Shown: positions 19,633 to 29,648 of the stretch, in pieces | Layout of the letters: every line of letters starts with the position of its first letter | Position numbering within the stretch: position 1 is the stretch's first letter | Virus record (IMG/VR): IMGVR_UViG_3300027241_000181 | DNA length: 64,000 nucleotides | Source: an uncultured virus (IMG/VR IMGVR_UViG_3300027241_000181) | Taxonomy: Duplodnaviria; Heunggongvirae; Uroviricota; Caudoviricetes | Strand: one strand, 5' to 3' | The notes under the pieces: model-generated | Databases searched by the model: none | Seen by the model: only the letters and a program-made list of their open reading frames with translations | What the model was told of the DNA's origin: nothing | Position numbers and translations under genes: made by a program

Positions 19633-20400
19633 ATGATTATTTCACCATTTTTCCAACTAAGCGAGAATCAAGTTCTAGTTGCAGTAAGAAACCTACCTTA
19701 TGTAGTTAACACTGAAACTAACGAGATCTCAGAAGCAGAAGGTCAAATCCCTTCAGAATTTACAAGACTTGTTGAAGCTCTTTCAGCATTCAGATTTGAA
19801 AACAATGAAATCAGATGGTTTCATGGAGTTAACAGAATGAGATACTCGATCGAAGAAGGCAAGTTCTTCTTGGGTAATAGCGAGATTTTATCTGAATCTT
19901 TCGTTAATCACGTTTTGGCAGCCGGTGTCATTAGATACGAACATAAAGAGACCGCTGAGCTATTCGTTGAAGCAGCTTCTAACGTTGATAAGTACATCGC
20001 TCTAGATTTCGTTCAGACATTTGAAAATGCTAATAACGTTGTAGATCTATTCAAACTAGAAGAAAACGTTTACACATCTACGTTCAACAAATCTACAAGA
20101 ATGCAGAAGTTCACAAGAGTTAACACTGCAAATACAGCGATTGAGTACGTAACTGAAAAGACTGGTCTTGACGCTTCAATGTTCCTATCTAATCTATTAG
20201 AAGGTGAAGCAGCTGATAGAGTTGTAACTCTTAAGAAGATCGAAAATCTAGAAGAAATGATTCACTTCTTAAAGGATCAGAGAAATCTTCTAGCTGACGC
20301 AGACAGATCTATCGATGAAATCAAAGCAGCTGATGCTCTGATTGAAGGTGAGATCAAGAAGATTGAGGCAGATATTGCCGAAGTCAAATCTGCACTTTAA
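19633..20400 (+). CDS. Hypothetical late protein with a C-terminal coiled coil
   Basis: 255 aa; GATATATA at 19597-19604; late-type codon use. Confidence 0.65.
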   Translation: MIISPFFQLSENQVLVAVRNLPYVVNTETNEISEAEGQIPSEFTRLVEALSAFRFENNEIRWFHGVNRMRYSIEEGKFFLGNSEILSESFVNHVLAAGVIRYEHKETAELFVEAASNVDKYIALDFVQTFENANNVVDLFKLEENVYTSTFNKSTRMQKFTRVNTANTAIEYVTEKTGLDASMFLSNLLEGEAADRVVTLKKIENLEEMIHFLKDQRNLLADADRSIDEIKAADALIEGEIKKIEADIAEVKSAL

Positions 20401-20420
20401 TTTACTTTAACCCTACACGA

Positions 20421-20460
20421 AAAGGCCAGGAATAAACTTTCTGGCCTTTTAGGTGTATAA
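20421..20460 (+). promoter_or_regulatory. Terminator-like hairpin overlapping a bipartite promoter for gp55
   Basis: AAAGGCCAG...CTGGCCTTT inverted repeat; TAAAC(20433)-N17-GTATAA(20455). Confidence 0.6.
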
Positions 20461-20488
20461 AAGGTATCAAATAATACACAACACAACA

Positions 20489-20860
20489 GTGGCTAGAAAT
20501 TATCTTAATAACAAGGATCTTTACAACGAGATCGTTAAGTCAAAAGATCAGGACAAATTAACTTCTGATGCTGAAAAAATGCTGATGCTTTTGGCGGATC
20601 GAGCCATTCGTAAAATGAAATACGTCTACGATGAAGATCGAGAGGACTGTCTTCAGTTTGCGCTACTAGATATGTTGAAGTATTGGAGAAACTTCAATCC
20701 ACAATACCCTAATGCATTTGCATATTTTACAGAGATTGCAAAGCGAGGTTATGCAAAGGGTTGGAATAAGATTCATCCACAAAAGTATAAGGGCACACTT
20801 TCAATCGATCGTGCAGGTTATAGAACCGAAGATGGAGAAGGTGGAATTTACACAATTTAA
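20489..20860 (+). CDS. gp55: Late-transcription sigma factor (gp55-like); likely GTG start at 20489
   Basis: NYLNNKDL, REDC...A.....KY..NF.P and NAFAYFT.I motifs. Confidence 0.85.
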   Translation: MARNYLNNKDLYNEIVKSKDQDKLTSDAEKMLMLLADRAIRKMKYVYDEDREDCLQFALLDMLKYWRNFNPQYPNAFAYFTEIAKRGYAKGWNKIHPQKYKGTLSIDRAGYRTEDGEGGIYTI

Positions 20861-21336
20861 TGTCAATTAAACGGGTTAAACCTACTAAGAAATCTGGATT
20901 CATCCAAGGTTACTATAAGCCTCACAACTTAGAAAAGTATGTGGGTCCGCAACCCGTTATTTTCAGAAGTTCATGGGAACGTAAGTTCATGATTTGGTGC
21001 GACACCAATGAAAGAGTTCTAATGTGGTCTAGTGAACCGATTGAAATCAAGTATTGGTCAACTCTTTACAAAAAAGAAAGAACCTACCACCCCGATTTTT
21101 ACATTAAGATCCTAAAGGAAGATGGTTCCCAAGAGCAATTGATTGTTGAAATCAAACCCGAAGCTCAAATCACTAAGCCTGAACCACCGAAGACAAATTC
21201 GAAAAAGGCAATTGACGGTTATAAATTCTTAGCCGAACAGTACGTTACGAATCGTGATAAATATATTTCAGCTAAAAAGTATGCTGAAGACCGAGGTTGT
21301 AGGTTTGTTGTTATGACAGAAAACTCGCTTAAGTGA
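20860..21336 (+). CDS. Head completion nuclease (gp4-like, TnsA-type PD-(D/E)xK)
   Basis: G.YKP.N..KY.G, RSSWE.KFM.WCD, WSSE, YHPDF and EIKP. Confidence 0.85.
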   Translation: MSIKRVKPTKKSGFIQGYYKPHNLEKYVGPQPVIFRSSWERKFMIWCDTNERVLMWSSEPIEIKYWSTLYKKERTYHPDFYIKILKEDGSQEQLIVEIKPEAQITKPEPPKTNSKKAIDGYKFLAEQYVTNRDKYISAKKYAEDRGCRFVVMTENSLK

Positions 21337-21938
21337 TGGGAGAAATCAAATCTAAAATAGCAAAGTATTCTAAGGATAATGGAGGTAAGACGGCTGCTCG
21401 AAAGGCGGCCGAGGTATGGTATAACAAAGCTTTAAACTCTTTTAGAGATAAAAGTGTTGCTAAATCGAAAACTTTACCCTTTATTCCCGGTAAAATATAT
21501 GTTTTCAGGTATGATAACCCGAAAACAGAACAATATCTTGCATGGTGGGACAGAAATCCCGTTGTGTTAGCGCTCGATCCAGTAGCAGGAAATGATTGCG
21601 GAATCAATCTAAATCTATTACCGGTTGAAATTAAAGAAAAACTGTTAGACGATATTTACACACGTCTCAGTGGTTCTATTAAGACACTAACGACAAGAGC
21701 AAAGGATGATGCCAATGCTCAGGGTCGATTACAAATGACTTATGCAGGTGCAAAAAGTTATTTAGACAGATACGGGTTTGGATTTGCTGTTAGGCAGTAC
21801 ATCCCGATGTTGAAAAGAAAGCAAGCGGTTGTTAGTTATGAGAACTGGCACCTAATTGCGTTGTGCGATTTCATAGAACTAGAAGGAGCTTCATTAGCTA
21901 GCATTCAGAGACAGTTCAGAGATTACAACAAAAAATGA
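21333..21938 (+). CDS. DNA end-protector protein (gp2-like)
   Basis: PGKIY.F.Y..PK, WD..P.V and GINL..LP motifs; adjacent to gp4 as in T4-like phages. Confidence 0.75.
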   Translation: MMGEIKSKIAKYSKDNGGKTAARKAAEVWYNKALNSFRDKSVAKSKTLPFIPGKIYVFRYDNPKTEQYLAWWDRNPVVLALDPVAGNDCGINLNLLPVEIKEKLLDDIYTRLSGSIKTLTTRAKDDANAQGRLQMTYAGAKSYLDRYGFGFAVRQYIPMLKRKQAVVSYENWHLIALCDFIELEGASLASIQRQFRDYNKK

Positions 21939-21970
21939 AGAATATATAACGAGAAACTAGTTTTTAACAC

Positions 21971-23578
21971 ATGGCAGGTTTTGTAGAAAATAGAAACGGT
22001 CCCCTATCGACGGGCAGAAGACCATTCACTCTTAGTGATGGTCTGAAGCGACTTTCGTCGTTCGGTATGTATTATGATGATTTGGTATTGCGCCAATCTC
22101 AAGCAATCGGACCAATGGAAGCGCAATTCGGTTACGGTCAGATCAACCCGATGGGTGTTGACAATGACGACATCTATGCTGCGTTTGCAGCGTTGTCGAT
22201 GACCGACACCAACATGAGAAAGCAAATTCCTTTCTTTGATAAAAACTATCCTGCTAAAAGAGATGAGCTTAGAAGATTCTCACTTCATGATGAAATTGAA
22301 GACATTCTTGACATTCTTTGTGATGAGACAGTTGTCTATGATGAAAAGAACTTTTTCTGTTATCCTGACATCATCGGATTTGATGTATCAGATGAAGTAG
22401 ATGCTTATTTTAAGAGAGCATTTAGAGAAATCTATCAATACTTTGGTTTTAACCAAGATCAATCTGCATGGTACTATTTTAGAAAGTTCCTGATTGATGG
22501 TTACCTAGCGTTTGAAATCATTTATTCACCTGACCAAAAGCAGATCATTGGTTTTAAAGAACTAGATCCTGTAACCCTAATGCCAGGTTATAATAAAGAA
22601 GACGGTAAAAAGGTTTGGATTCAATATAAGGATGATCCTATTAAGGAAAGAGTTCTTTATGATGCACAGATCATTTACATCTCATACTCTTCAATTACAA
22701 CTGCATCAAGAGTTTCTTATGTAGAAAGATTGGTTAGAGCATTTAACCTAATGAGAATCATGGAACACACCCGAGTTATTTGGGCAGTGACTAACGCTTC
22801 ATTCAGAATGAAGTTTGTGATTCCAATGGGTGGTAAATCAAAAACACGTGCTAAGCAATCTCTAGCACAATTGATGAATAACTATAAAGAAGTCGTTGAC
22901 TTTGATTGGGAATCAGGTACACTGACAACCGACGGTAAGCCAATGATGCAGTTCAACAAAGAATACTGGTTGCCTTCAAAAGAAGGTGAATCACCAGAGA
23001 TTGAAACCCTAGGAGGTGATGGTCCAGATCTATCAGACACGGAAGCTCTTAAGTACTTCTCTGATAAGTTGAAGCATGTATCTAAGATTCCATTCAACCG
23101 TTTCATGTATGAAGATGGCGGTGGTGAATTCAACCTTGCAGCTGACGGTATGATTAGAGACGAAATCAAGTTCTCTAAATTTGTTAGACGTTTGAGATCA
23201 GCTTTCCAAGAAGTTCTTGTAAAGCCACTGTTCATCCAGTTGTCTATTAAATTCCCAGAGTTTGCAGATGATGCTGCATTTAGAACTCAAATCGCTCTAA
23301 GATTTAATGAAGAGAACATGTTTGCTGAACTGAAGAACATGGAAATCATGGAACGTAGAATTGACTTCATCGGTTCATTGAAAGATAACCTAGTTATTAC
23401 TGATCCTGCAACGATGGAAGAAGAACACTACTTTGATATGGACTTCTTAGTTGACAGATACTTAAAACTAACTCCAGACGATAAAGCAGCTAACGATGCA
23501 TATAAAGCTCGTAAAGAAGCTAAACAAGCTGGTGAAGATGATCCAGACCCAATGGCAGCGATGGGCGGAGGAATGTAA
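21971..23578 (+). CDS. gp20: Portal protein (gp20)
   Basis: FRKFLIDG, ELDP, YWLP.KEG...EIETL.G, KYF..KL...SKIP..R and IRDEIKFSKFV.RLR..F. Confidence 0.92.
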   Translation: MAGFVENRNGPLSTGRRPFTLSDGLKRLSSFGMYYDDLVLRQSQAIGPMEAQFGYGQINPMGVDNDDIYAAFAALSMTDTNMRKQIPFFDKNYPAKRDELRRFSLHDEIEDILDILCDETVVYDEKNFFCYPDIIGFDVSDEVDAYFKRAFREIYQYFGFNQDQSAWYYFRKFLIDGYLAFEIIYSPDQKQIIGFKELDPVTLMPGYNKEDGKKVWIQYKDDPIKERVLYDAQIIYISYSSITTASRVSYVERLVRAFNLMRIMEHTRVIWAVTNASFRMKFVIPMGGKSKTRAKQSLAQLMNNYKEVVDFDWESGTLTTDGKPMMQFNKEYWLPSKEGESPEIETLGGDGPDLSDTEALKYFSDKLKHVSKIPFNRFMYEDGGGEFNLAADGMIRDEIKFSKFVRRLRSAFQEVLVKPLFIQLSIKFPEFADDAAFRTQIALRFNEENMFAELKNMEIMERRIDFIGSLKDNLVITDPATMEEEHYFDMDFLVDRYLKLTPDDKAANDAYKARKEAKQAGEDDPDPMAAMGGGM

Positions 23579-23596
23579 CACACAGATAAATAGACT

Positions 23597-23941
23597 ATGA
23601 AAAATCTAAAGACATTTGAACAATACTGGTCTTCAATTACTGAAGATGCTATTAAAGCCGGAGAAGAATCAGAAGTTGTGATCGACGATATGATTACAAC
23701 CGATGGAACTGAAATCTCTTCAGAAGAGATCTTAGGCATTGTAATATCTTCTGAAACAGAGGAAGAAACAGTAGATAAAATGTACGATAAGTTTGGTCAA
23801 TTATCATTTTCTACTGAAGACATTGAAAAGATCAAAAAGTATTTCAATGATTATCAAGCAGAAGTGAAAGAGAAAGAAAAAGAAGCTGAGAAAGAAGCTG
23901 ATGGTGGAGATGGAGAGGAAGATCCTCTAGCAGATCTATAA
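23597..23941 (+). CDS. Small acidic prohead core/internal protein
   Basis: Between portal and protease; N-terminus MKNLKTFEQY...ITE; GATAAATA upstream. Confidence 0.55.
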   Translation: MKNLKTFEQYWSSITEDAIKAGEESEVVIDDMITTDGTEISSEEILGIVISSETEEETVDKMYDKFGQLSFSTEDIEKIKKYFNDYQAEVKEKEKEAEKEADGGDGEEDPLADL

Positions 23942-23998
23942 AAAATCATTTTTCTCTTTTTTCATCAGGATATATAAACCAAATATACTATAAGGTTC

Positions 23999-26134
23999 AT
24001 GAATCAACATAATCTATTGATCCTTGAGAGATCATCGAATACACTGGACTTCAAATCAGAAGGAGGTTCATACGTACTCGAAGGTATTTTCGGAGAGCTG
24101 GACAAAAAGAATAGAAACAATCGTATCTATACAGCTGAAGAATACTTACCACAAATCGAATCTCTACAGGAGAAAATCAAGTCATCTAAGCTATTAGGTG
24201 AGCTTGATCACCCACAAAAATTTGACATTTCTCTAAGAAACGTTTCACACGTAATCGAGGAACTTCACTACGATCAAGATTCTAAGCAAATCAGAGGTAG
24301 AATCAGACTACTAGACACAGATGCTGGAAAGCAAGCTAAAGCTCTAGTTGATTCTGGCATTCCATTGCACATCTCTTCAAGAGCTGCTGGTGTTGTTGAA
24401 TCAGACGGTAAAGTTAAAATCAAGCAACTTTTCACTTACGATCTAGTTGCTGATCCAGGTTTCGAGAACGCTGAACTTGCAAGAGTAAATGAATCTTACG
24501 GACTAGCTAACGACGATCTAATTCAAATCTATGAAATTGGAGGAGTTGCTACTCTACTTGAAACAGAAACTAAAATCGAAAATAACGATACAAACATCAT
24601 GGAAAACAAAGCTAGATTTATAGCGGTTGAAGATTTCAACAAGTACTCTGCCTACCTTGCTGAAGAGATCAAATCGCTTAAAGAAGCTCTAGCCGCCGTT
24701 TCTACTGAGACTATTGAAGAGAAGATGAAAGCTCTTACAGAGTACGTAGAATACGTTGCTGAAAGAGCTGACAAAGGTATTCAGTACTCTGAGTACGTTG
24801 CAGAAAAATTAGATGGTAACATCGAATACTCTAACTACTTGGCAGAAAAGTTGGACCAAGGAATTGAATACTCTGAGCACATCGCTGAGTCAGTAAATAA
24901 CGTTAAGGATTACGCTAATTATTTGGCAGAATCTTACAACGAAGGTGTTACTACAGGTGAGAATGTTCAAAAGTATCTAAACTACCTAAAAGAAAACATC
25001 GAGTCAATCTCTGAATACGCTGATTACATTGCTGAAACTATTAATTCTAACCTAATCGTTGAAGAAGAAGGTGAAGGAGCAGCAAAAGATCACGAAGAAG
25101 CAGCAGACAAGAACGAGCTAGAAAACGTTGGTGACAATTCAGCTGAAGGTTCAGTTGATGCAGCTGGTGAAGAAGCTGGTGTTGAAGCTGAAGACCTAGA
25201 GGCTGACACTAAAGAGGTTTACTCTGAAGATGACAAGAAAGAACTTGACGCAGCTGATCAAGACGCACCAGAAGATGAAGGTGAAGAAGCTGCTAAAGAA
25301 GTTGTTGAAGCTGAAGAGTCAGAAGAGACTGAAGAGACTGAAGAAGTCGAAGAAGGAAGAGCTTTCGCTGCTGCAGCTAAAGAAGCTAAAGATAAAGGTG
25401 AGAAAGAATTTGAATTCGACGGTAAGACATACCCTGTAACAGTTAAAGAAGGTGAAGAAGTTGAAGAATCTGCTGAAGGTGCTATCGACGCTGAAGACCT
25501 AGAAGCTGATATGGACGAAGTTTCTTCTGAAGACGATAAGAAAATCACTAAGCAAGCTGATCAGGAAATTCCATCTGAAGAAGATGCAATCACCGATGAC
25601 GCTCTAGAGTCTTACAAAAGAGAAATCTCTGAGAAGCTTTCTTCTCTAATCAACAAAGCTACTGAAAAGAAGACTAACGATCCTCACTTCTTCAAGTTTG
25701 TATCTGAATCTACTAAGACAAGATTCAACGAACTAGAAGTTGAAGACAGAACTAAAGTTCTTTCAGCAGTTGAAGGTAGAGGTTACCTAACAGAGTCACA
25801 AATTGTTACTCTAATGGAAGGTGCTCTAGTTGAAGTTGCAGGTCAAACTACTCCTTACTTTGTGGAAGCTGCTCCAGCTGAATACAAAGAGATCTGGAAT
25901 AACCTATCTGAAGCTAAGAGAAATCAATTATCTGCTCAAGCTAAGATGGTGAAGCTTTCTACTCCTTACCAAGTTGCTAACTTCTGGCAAACAAGAGATC
26001 TAAGAGAAGTTGCTCCAGTTATGGAAAAGCTAACTATGATCACAGAAGCTAAGAAAGAAGAAGCTCCTAAGAAATCTATCGGTTACGATGTAACTGGTAT
26101 TGGCGAAGAAATCGCTAAGAGATTTAAGAAGTAA
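23999..26134 (+). CDS. gp21: Prohead protease (gp21-like) fused to a scaffold/core region
   Basis: LEGIF, KNRNNRIY, LGELDHP, VSH, ISSRAAG and YDLVADPGF; then 14-aa Y..Y.AE repeats and an acidic region; GATATATA at 23969. Confidence 0.88.
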   Translation: MNQHNLLILERSSNTLDFKSEGGSYVLEGIFGELDKKNRNNRIYTAEEYLPQIESLQEKIKSSKLLGELDHPQKFDISLRNVSHVIEELHYDQDSKQIRGRIRLLDTDAGKQAKALVDSGIPLHISSRAAGVVESDGKVKIKQLFTYDLVADPGFENAELARVNESYGLANDDLIQIYEIGGVATLLETETKIENNDTNIMENKARFIAVEDFNKYSAYLAEEIKSLKEALAAVSTETIEEKMKALTEYVEYVAERADKGIQYSEYVAEKLDGNIEYSNYLAEKLDQGIEYSEHIAESVNNVKDYANYLAESYNEGVTTGENVQKYLNYLKENIESISEYADYIAETINSNLIVEEEGEGAAKDHEEAADKNELENVGDNSAEGSVDAAGEEAGVEAEDLEADTKEVYSEDDKKELDAADQDAPEDEGEEAAKEVVEAEESEETEETEEVEEGRAFAAAAKEAKDKGEKEFEFDGKTYPVTVKEGEEVEESAEGAIDAEDLEADMDEVSSEDDKKITKQADQEIPSEEDAITDDALESYKREISEKLSSLINKATEKKTNDPHFFKFVSESTKTRFNELEVEDRTKVLSAVEGRGYLTESQIVTLMEGALVEVAGQTTPYFVEAAPAEYKEIWNNLSEAKRNQLSAQAKMVKLSTPYQVANFWQTRDLREVAPVMEKLTMITEAKKEEAPKKSIGYDVTGIGEEIAKRFKK

Positions 26135-26141
26135 TACTAAC

Positions 26142-26173
26142 GAGCCCAGATCCATTGGGTCTGGGCTCTTCTT
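26142..26173 (+). terminator. Intrinsic terminator
   Basis: GAGCCCAGAYCC...GGGTCTGGGCTC followed by TTCTT. Confidence 0.75.
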
Positions 26174-26341
26174 ATAAAACATAATCAGGTAAATAAAAAA
26201 TCATATTTTTCATTTTTTTCAAAAAAATCTGAAAAGGTTATCAAATTAACTGAATATATACCCTAATCGACAAGAACGAAGAAGCAAAACGTTCAAGCAT
26301 GTCGAATCAAAACCAAACGCCAAAAAAAATTATAAATTACA

Positions 26342-27835
26342 ATGGCAAATTTAATCAATGAAGCTGAAATCAGAGCAACATGGGCTCCTATCATCGAGTC
26401 TGCTACTGGTATCAACGATTCAAACAAACTAGCTTGGATGTCAGAATACTGCCACAATCACAAGCTTTATGAAGAAGCTACACTTTCTTCAGTTCTACCA
26501 TCTATGGTAAAAGGTATGGGTGCAGTTTCTTTCCCATCAGCATTCAACACTGCAGGTTCTGCAGGTGACGGTTCTGGTGACAAGTCTCCATCACTACTTC
26601 CTCTAGCAATGCAAGTTGCTGCACAAACTGTAGGTCTAGATCTAGTTCCTGTAGTTCCTATGGCTGGTCCAATGGGTCTACTTTCTTACCTAGACTTCGT
26701 ATACGACGGTGGCGCGAAGAGAGATGACGCTAAACTAGCTAACGTATACTACTTCTCAACTGATTCAGGTACTGGTGCTGATATCGCTGGTGGTGCTACT
26801 CACGCTGCATACGAGTTCGTTGGTACTTCAAGAATCGACGGTAACGACATCTACAAGGTGATCGGTACTGCACTAATCGATGCTAACGTACAAGCTGACT
26901 TCAGATTGGCTGTAGCTGTTCCAGCTGCAACAGTTGAACTAGTTAAGGCTCTAGAAGACCACATTCCTGGTTTCTCTGCATCTAACGCTGCTGGCGATCC
27001 TTTCAAGAGAGAAGACGGTGAGAGAAAGGCTGAGAACATCATGGGTCTATCTCTATTCTCTAAGTCAGTTGCTGCTGAAACTTTCCAAGTTGCTGCTGCA
27101 GTTACTAGAGAGCAAGTTCAAGATCTTAAGCAATTCGGTGTTGACGCTGTAGCTCAAGTTGAGGCAGTTCTAACTAACGAACTAACTCAGTCAATCAACA
27201 ACCTAATCCTAAGAGAAATGAAGGTTCTAGGTTACAGAAACGTTAAGTCTGTATTCCCAGCAGCTCCTCTTAATGTACTTGGTAATTCAACTGGTTTCGA
27301 CCTAAAACTTCCTGCTGCTGCTGATCTAGCTGGTGGCGAGACTGTTGCTTCAGTTCACAGAAGACTTCTTTCACAGATTCTAGCTGCTGCTAACTTGATC
27401 GCTAACAGAGGTAGAAGAGGTGCTGGTAACTTCGCAGTTGTTGGTCCACAGACTGCAACTGTTCTTCAAGCTGTAGCTGGTTTCGTTGCAAACCCAATGG
27501 CTAACACTATCTCTCAAGCTGCTGGTGCTATCTACCCTGTAGGTTCTGTTGCTGGTATCAATGTTTACACTGATCCAAGAAAAGCATGGGACGATTACAC
27601 TGTAGTAGTTGGTAGAAAAGGTGATGGTAACTCTCCAGGTCTAGTATTCATGCCATACCTAATGGCTGAATCAGTTCAGACTATCGCAGAGGGTACTATG
27701 GCTCCTAAGATTGCTGTTAAGTCTAGATTCGCTCTAGTTGAAGCAGGTTTCCACCCAGAGACTCAGTACGTATCATTCGAAGTTACGAATGACGCAGCTG
27801 GTGCTACTTGGTCTAACCTACTAAACCTAGCTTAA
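26342..27835 (+). CDS. gp23: Major capsid protein (gp23-like)
   Basis: W.PI.E, VPM.GP.G, EQVQDLK, RGRRGAGNF, FMPY and P.IAVKSR; follows the protease; strong codon bias. Confidence 0.92.
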   Translation: MANLINEAEIRATWAPIIESATGINDSNKLAWMSEYCHNHKLYEEATLSSVLPSMVKGMGAVSFPSAFNTAGSAGDGSGDKSPSLLPLAMQVAAQTVGLDLVPVVPMAGPMGLLSYLDFVYDGGAKRDDAKLANVYYFSTDSGTGADIAGGATHAAYEFVGTSRIDGNDIYKVIGTALIDANVQADFRLAVAVPAATVELVKALEDHIPGFSASNAAGDPFKREDGERKAENIMGLSLFSKSVAAETFQVAAAVTREQVQDLKQFGVDAVAQVEAVLTNELTQSINNLILREMKVLGYRNVKSVFPAAPLNVLGNSTGFDLKLPAAADLAGGETVASVHRRLLSQILAAANLIANRGRRGAGNFAVVGPQTATVLQAVAGFVANPMANTISQAAGAIYPVGSVAGINVYTDPRKAWDDYTVVVGRKGDGNSPGLVFMPYLMAESVQTIAEGTMAPKIAVKSRFALVEAGFHPETQYVSFEVTNDAAGATWSNLLNLA

Positions 27836-27861
27836 TCTTTAGATTTAGTATAATCCTTCTT

Positions 27862-27894
27862 GAAGGGCTCCAGAAATGGAGCCCTTCTTTTTTT
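27862..27894 (+). terminator. Intrinsic terminator after the major capsid gene
   Basis: GAAGGGCTCCA-GAAA-TGGAGCCCTTC followed by a T-tract. Confidence 0.9.
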
Positions 27895-27934
27895 ATAGGA
27901 TATATAGGTTATAGATAAAAATACATCTACAACT

Positions 27935-29149
27935 ATGAAATTAAAGATGAAATCTGCGATCAAGCTTTATGAATCTTTCTTAAAGGAAGGTGCTGAAGCC
28001 CCTGCCGCGGCAGAAACAACGTCCGCTACTTCAAGAGAGGCGGTTATTAAAGATGTCGATACTATCATCACATCACTAGAAACTCTAGTTTCTCAAGTAT
28101 CTGAGGAGCTAGAAGAAGAATTCAATACTCCTGAAAAAATTGAAGAAGCCGGCGACGACAACATTATCGTTCAATGGATTACTTCAATGAAAGCCGTTAA
28201 AGCTCAAAAGAAGGTTAATAACATTAAGGTTAATAAAGTTGCTCTTGAGATTGCAAGGGATGAAGCTCCAAACACAGAGCAAAAGAACAAGATCAAAGAC
28301 AGGGAAACCCTTCTTACCAGTCAAATCAAATCTCTACAAGATGCTGTCAATGATAGATTTGCTAACAAAGGAGGTTTAGTAGATAAGAAATTATCAAACG
28401 CTAAAATTGAAGGAGAGCTAGCAGTTATCAAAGCTCACTCAGGTGCAGGTATTGATAAAAAAGAAGCTGGTGATTTAAAGCAAAGAATGGCCGATCTTCA
28501 AAAAAGATACAAAGAAAATGAAGCTGCTCTAAAAGAGCTTGAACCTTCTGAAGAAGATAAAAAAACAGCTGCGAAATCTGCGCAAGATAAAAAGGATCAA
28601 GAAGCAGCTGCGGCGGCGAAAGCTAAAAAAACATCCAATAATGAACCTCAACAGGAACCTGAACAGGAACCTCAACAGGAACCTCAACAGGAAGAACCTA
28701 GAAAAGACGATAACATGGAGGCAGATATTGCTCAATATGATCAGAATATCAAAGATGAAATGGCAAGAGAAGCTGATCTTAAGAAGAAGCTAAAATCAGT
28801 TGAAGACGAAAAGGCAAAGTCAACCGATCCCGAATCTTTCGACGAAAAGATCATCAATATTAAAGCCGAAATCGATAAGTCTAAACAAGATATTAAACAG
28901 ATGAAAGATGCTAAATCTGCACTGGTTAAAAAGACTGCTACAAAAGAATCATTGATTCTAAGGGCTGAAGAATTGGGTTTAAATGAACTTGCTTCTGAAA
29001 TTTCAGAAAAAGAAGAATGGCAACTAAACGGAACACCTTTATATTCCAAGTACGATGCTAAAATTAAAAAGGTAGAATACTCTAATTCTTTAAACGAATC
29101 ACGTTACACTATTAACACAGTTAAAGATAGATTTGCAAAACTAATCTAA
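27935..29149 (+). CDS. Charged coiled-coil late protein, possible internal head protein
   Basis: GATATATA at 27899; N-terminal KLYESFLKE; EPQQ repeats. Confidence 0.6.
   Translation: MKLKMKSAIKLYESFLKEGAEAPAAAETTSATSREAVIKDVDTIITSLETLVSQVSEELEEEFNTPEKIEEAGDDNIIVQWITSMKAVKAQKKVNNIKVNKVALEIARDEAPNTEQKNKIKDRETLLTSQIKSLQDAVNDRFANKGGLVDKKLSNAKIEGELAVIKAHSGAGIDKKEAGDLKQRMADLQKRYKENEAALKELEPSEEDKKTAAKSAQDKKDQEAAAAAKAKKTSNNEPQQEPEQEPQQEPQQEEPRKDDNMEADIAQYDQNIKDEMAREADLKKKLKSVEDEKAKSTDPESFDEKIINIKAEIDKSKQDIKQMKDAKSALVKKTATKESLILRAEELGLNELASEISEKEEWQLNGTPLYSKYDAKIKKVEYSNSLNESRYTINTVKDRFAKLI
28643..28690 (+). repeat. Four 12-nt tandem units encoding EPQQ/EPEQ
   Basis: GAACCT(C/G)AACAG x4. Confidence 0.85.
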
Positions 29150-29647
29150 TCTCTTTCGAGGATTAGCATTCTTTTTGAACACTTTCATCAGCTCCTTCTG
29201 TTCATTCAGGAGGAGCTGTTGACATTTTTGGCGAAACTCAAGTGAAGATTTCAGTACACTCTGGTTAATGCCAACCTCAAGGGCATCCCAATACTCTGGG
29301 TGTACAAAGTTTCGAGCGCTAAAGTCACCCATCTTAGATTTGATCGGACGTCCAGAGATTGCGCAAGCCCAATCGATCGATCTATAAGAATCGTATACAT
29401 CGTCGATCTTTTTAAGATCACCTTCAATCCAGTCATAGAACAGCTTGGTCTTGTGACGATCATTTGAACCTCTGAATAATCCTAATACAGCCTTCAGTTT
29501 CTGCTCATCCTTTACAAAGTCTTTGATGTTTGGATGTTCTAGTAGAAAACGCTTATGTAACTTGGACAGGGTTTCAAACGCAACTCCATGTTTGCCCCTG
29601 ACCCCGTCTTTATATTTGATGTGCGGATATTTCTTAGCGTATGCCAT
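29141..29647 (-). CDS. Basic hypothetical protein on the minus strand (likely start MAYAKKY...)
   Basis: Fills the gap between convergent and divergent genes; an ATG at 29647 avoids overlap with the clamp loader. Confidence 0.7.
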   Translation of the reverse strand: MAYAKKYPHIKYKDGVRGKHGVAFETLSKLHKRFLLEHPNIKDFVKDEQKLKAVLGLFRGSNDRHKTKLFYDWIEGDLKKIDDVYDSYRSIDWACAISGRPIKSKMGDFSARNFVHPEYWDALEVGINQSVLKSSLEFRQKCQQLLLNEQKELMKVFKKNANPRKRLD

Positions 29648-29648
29648 T

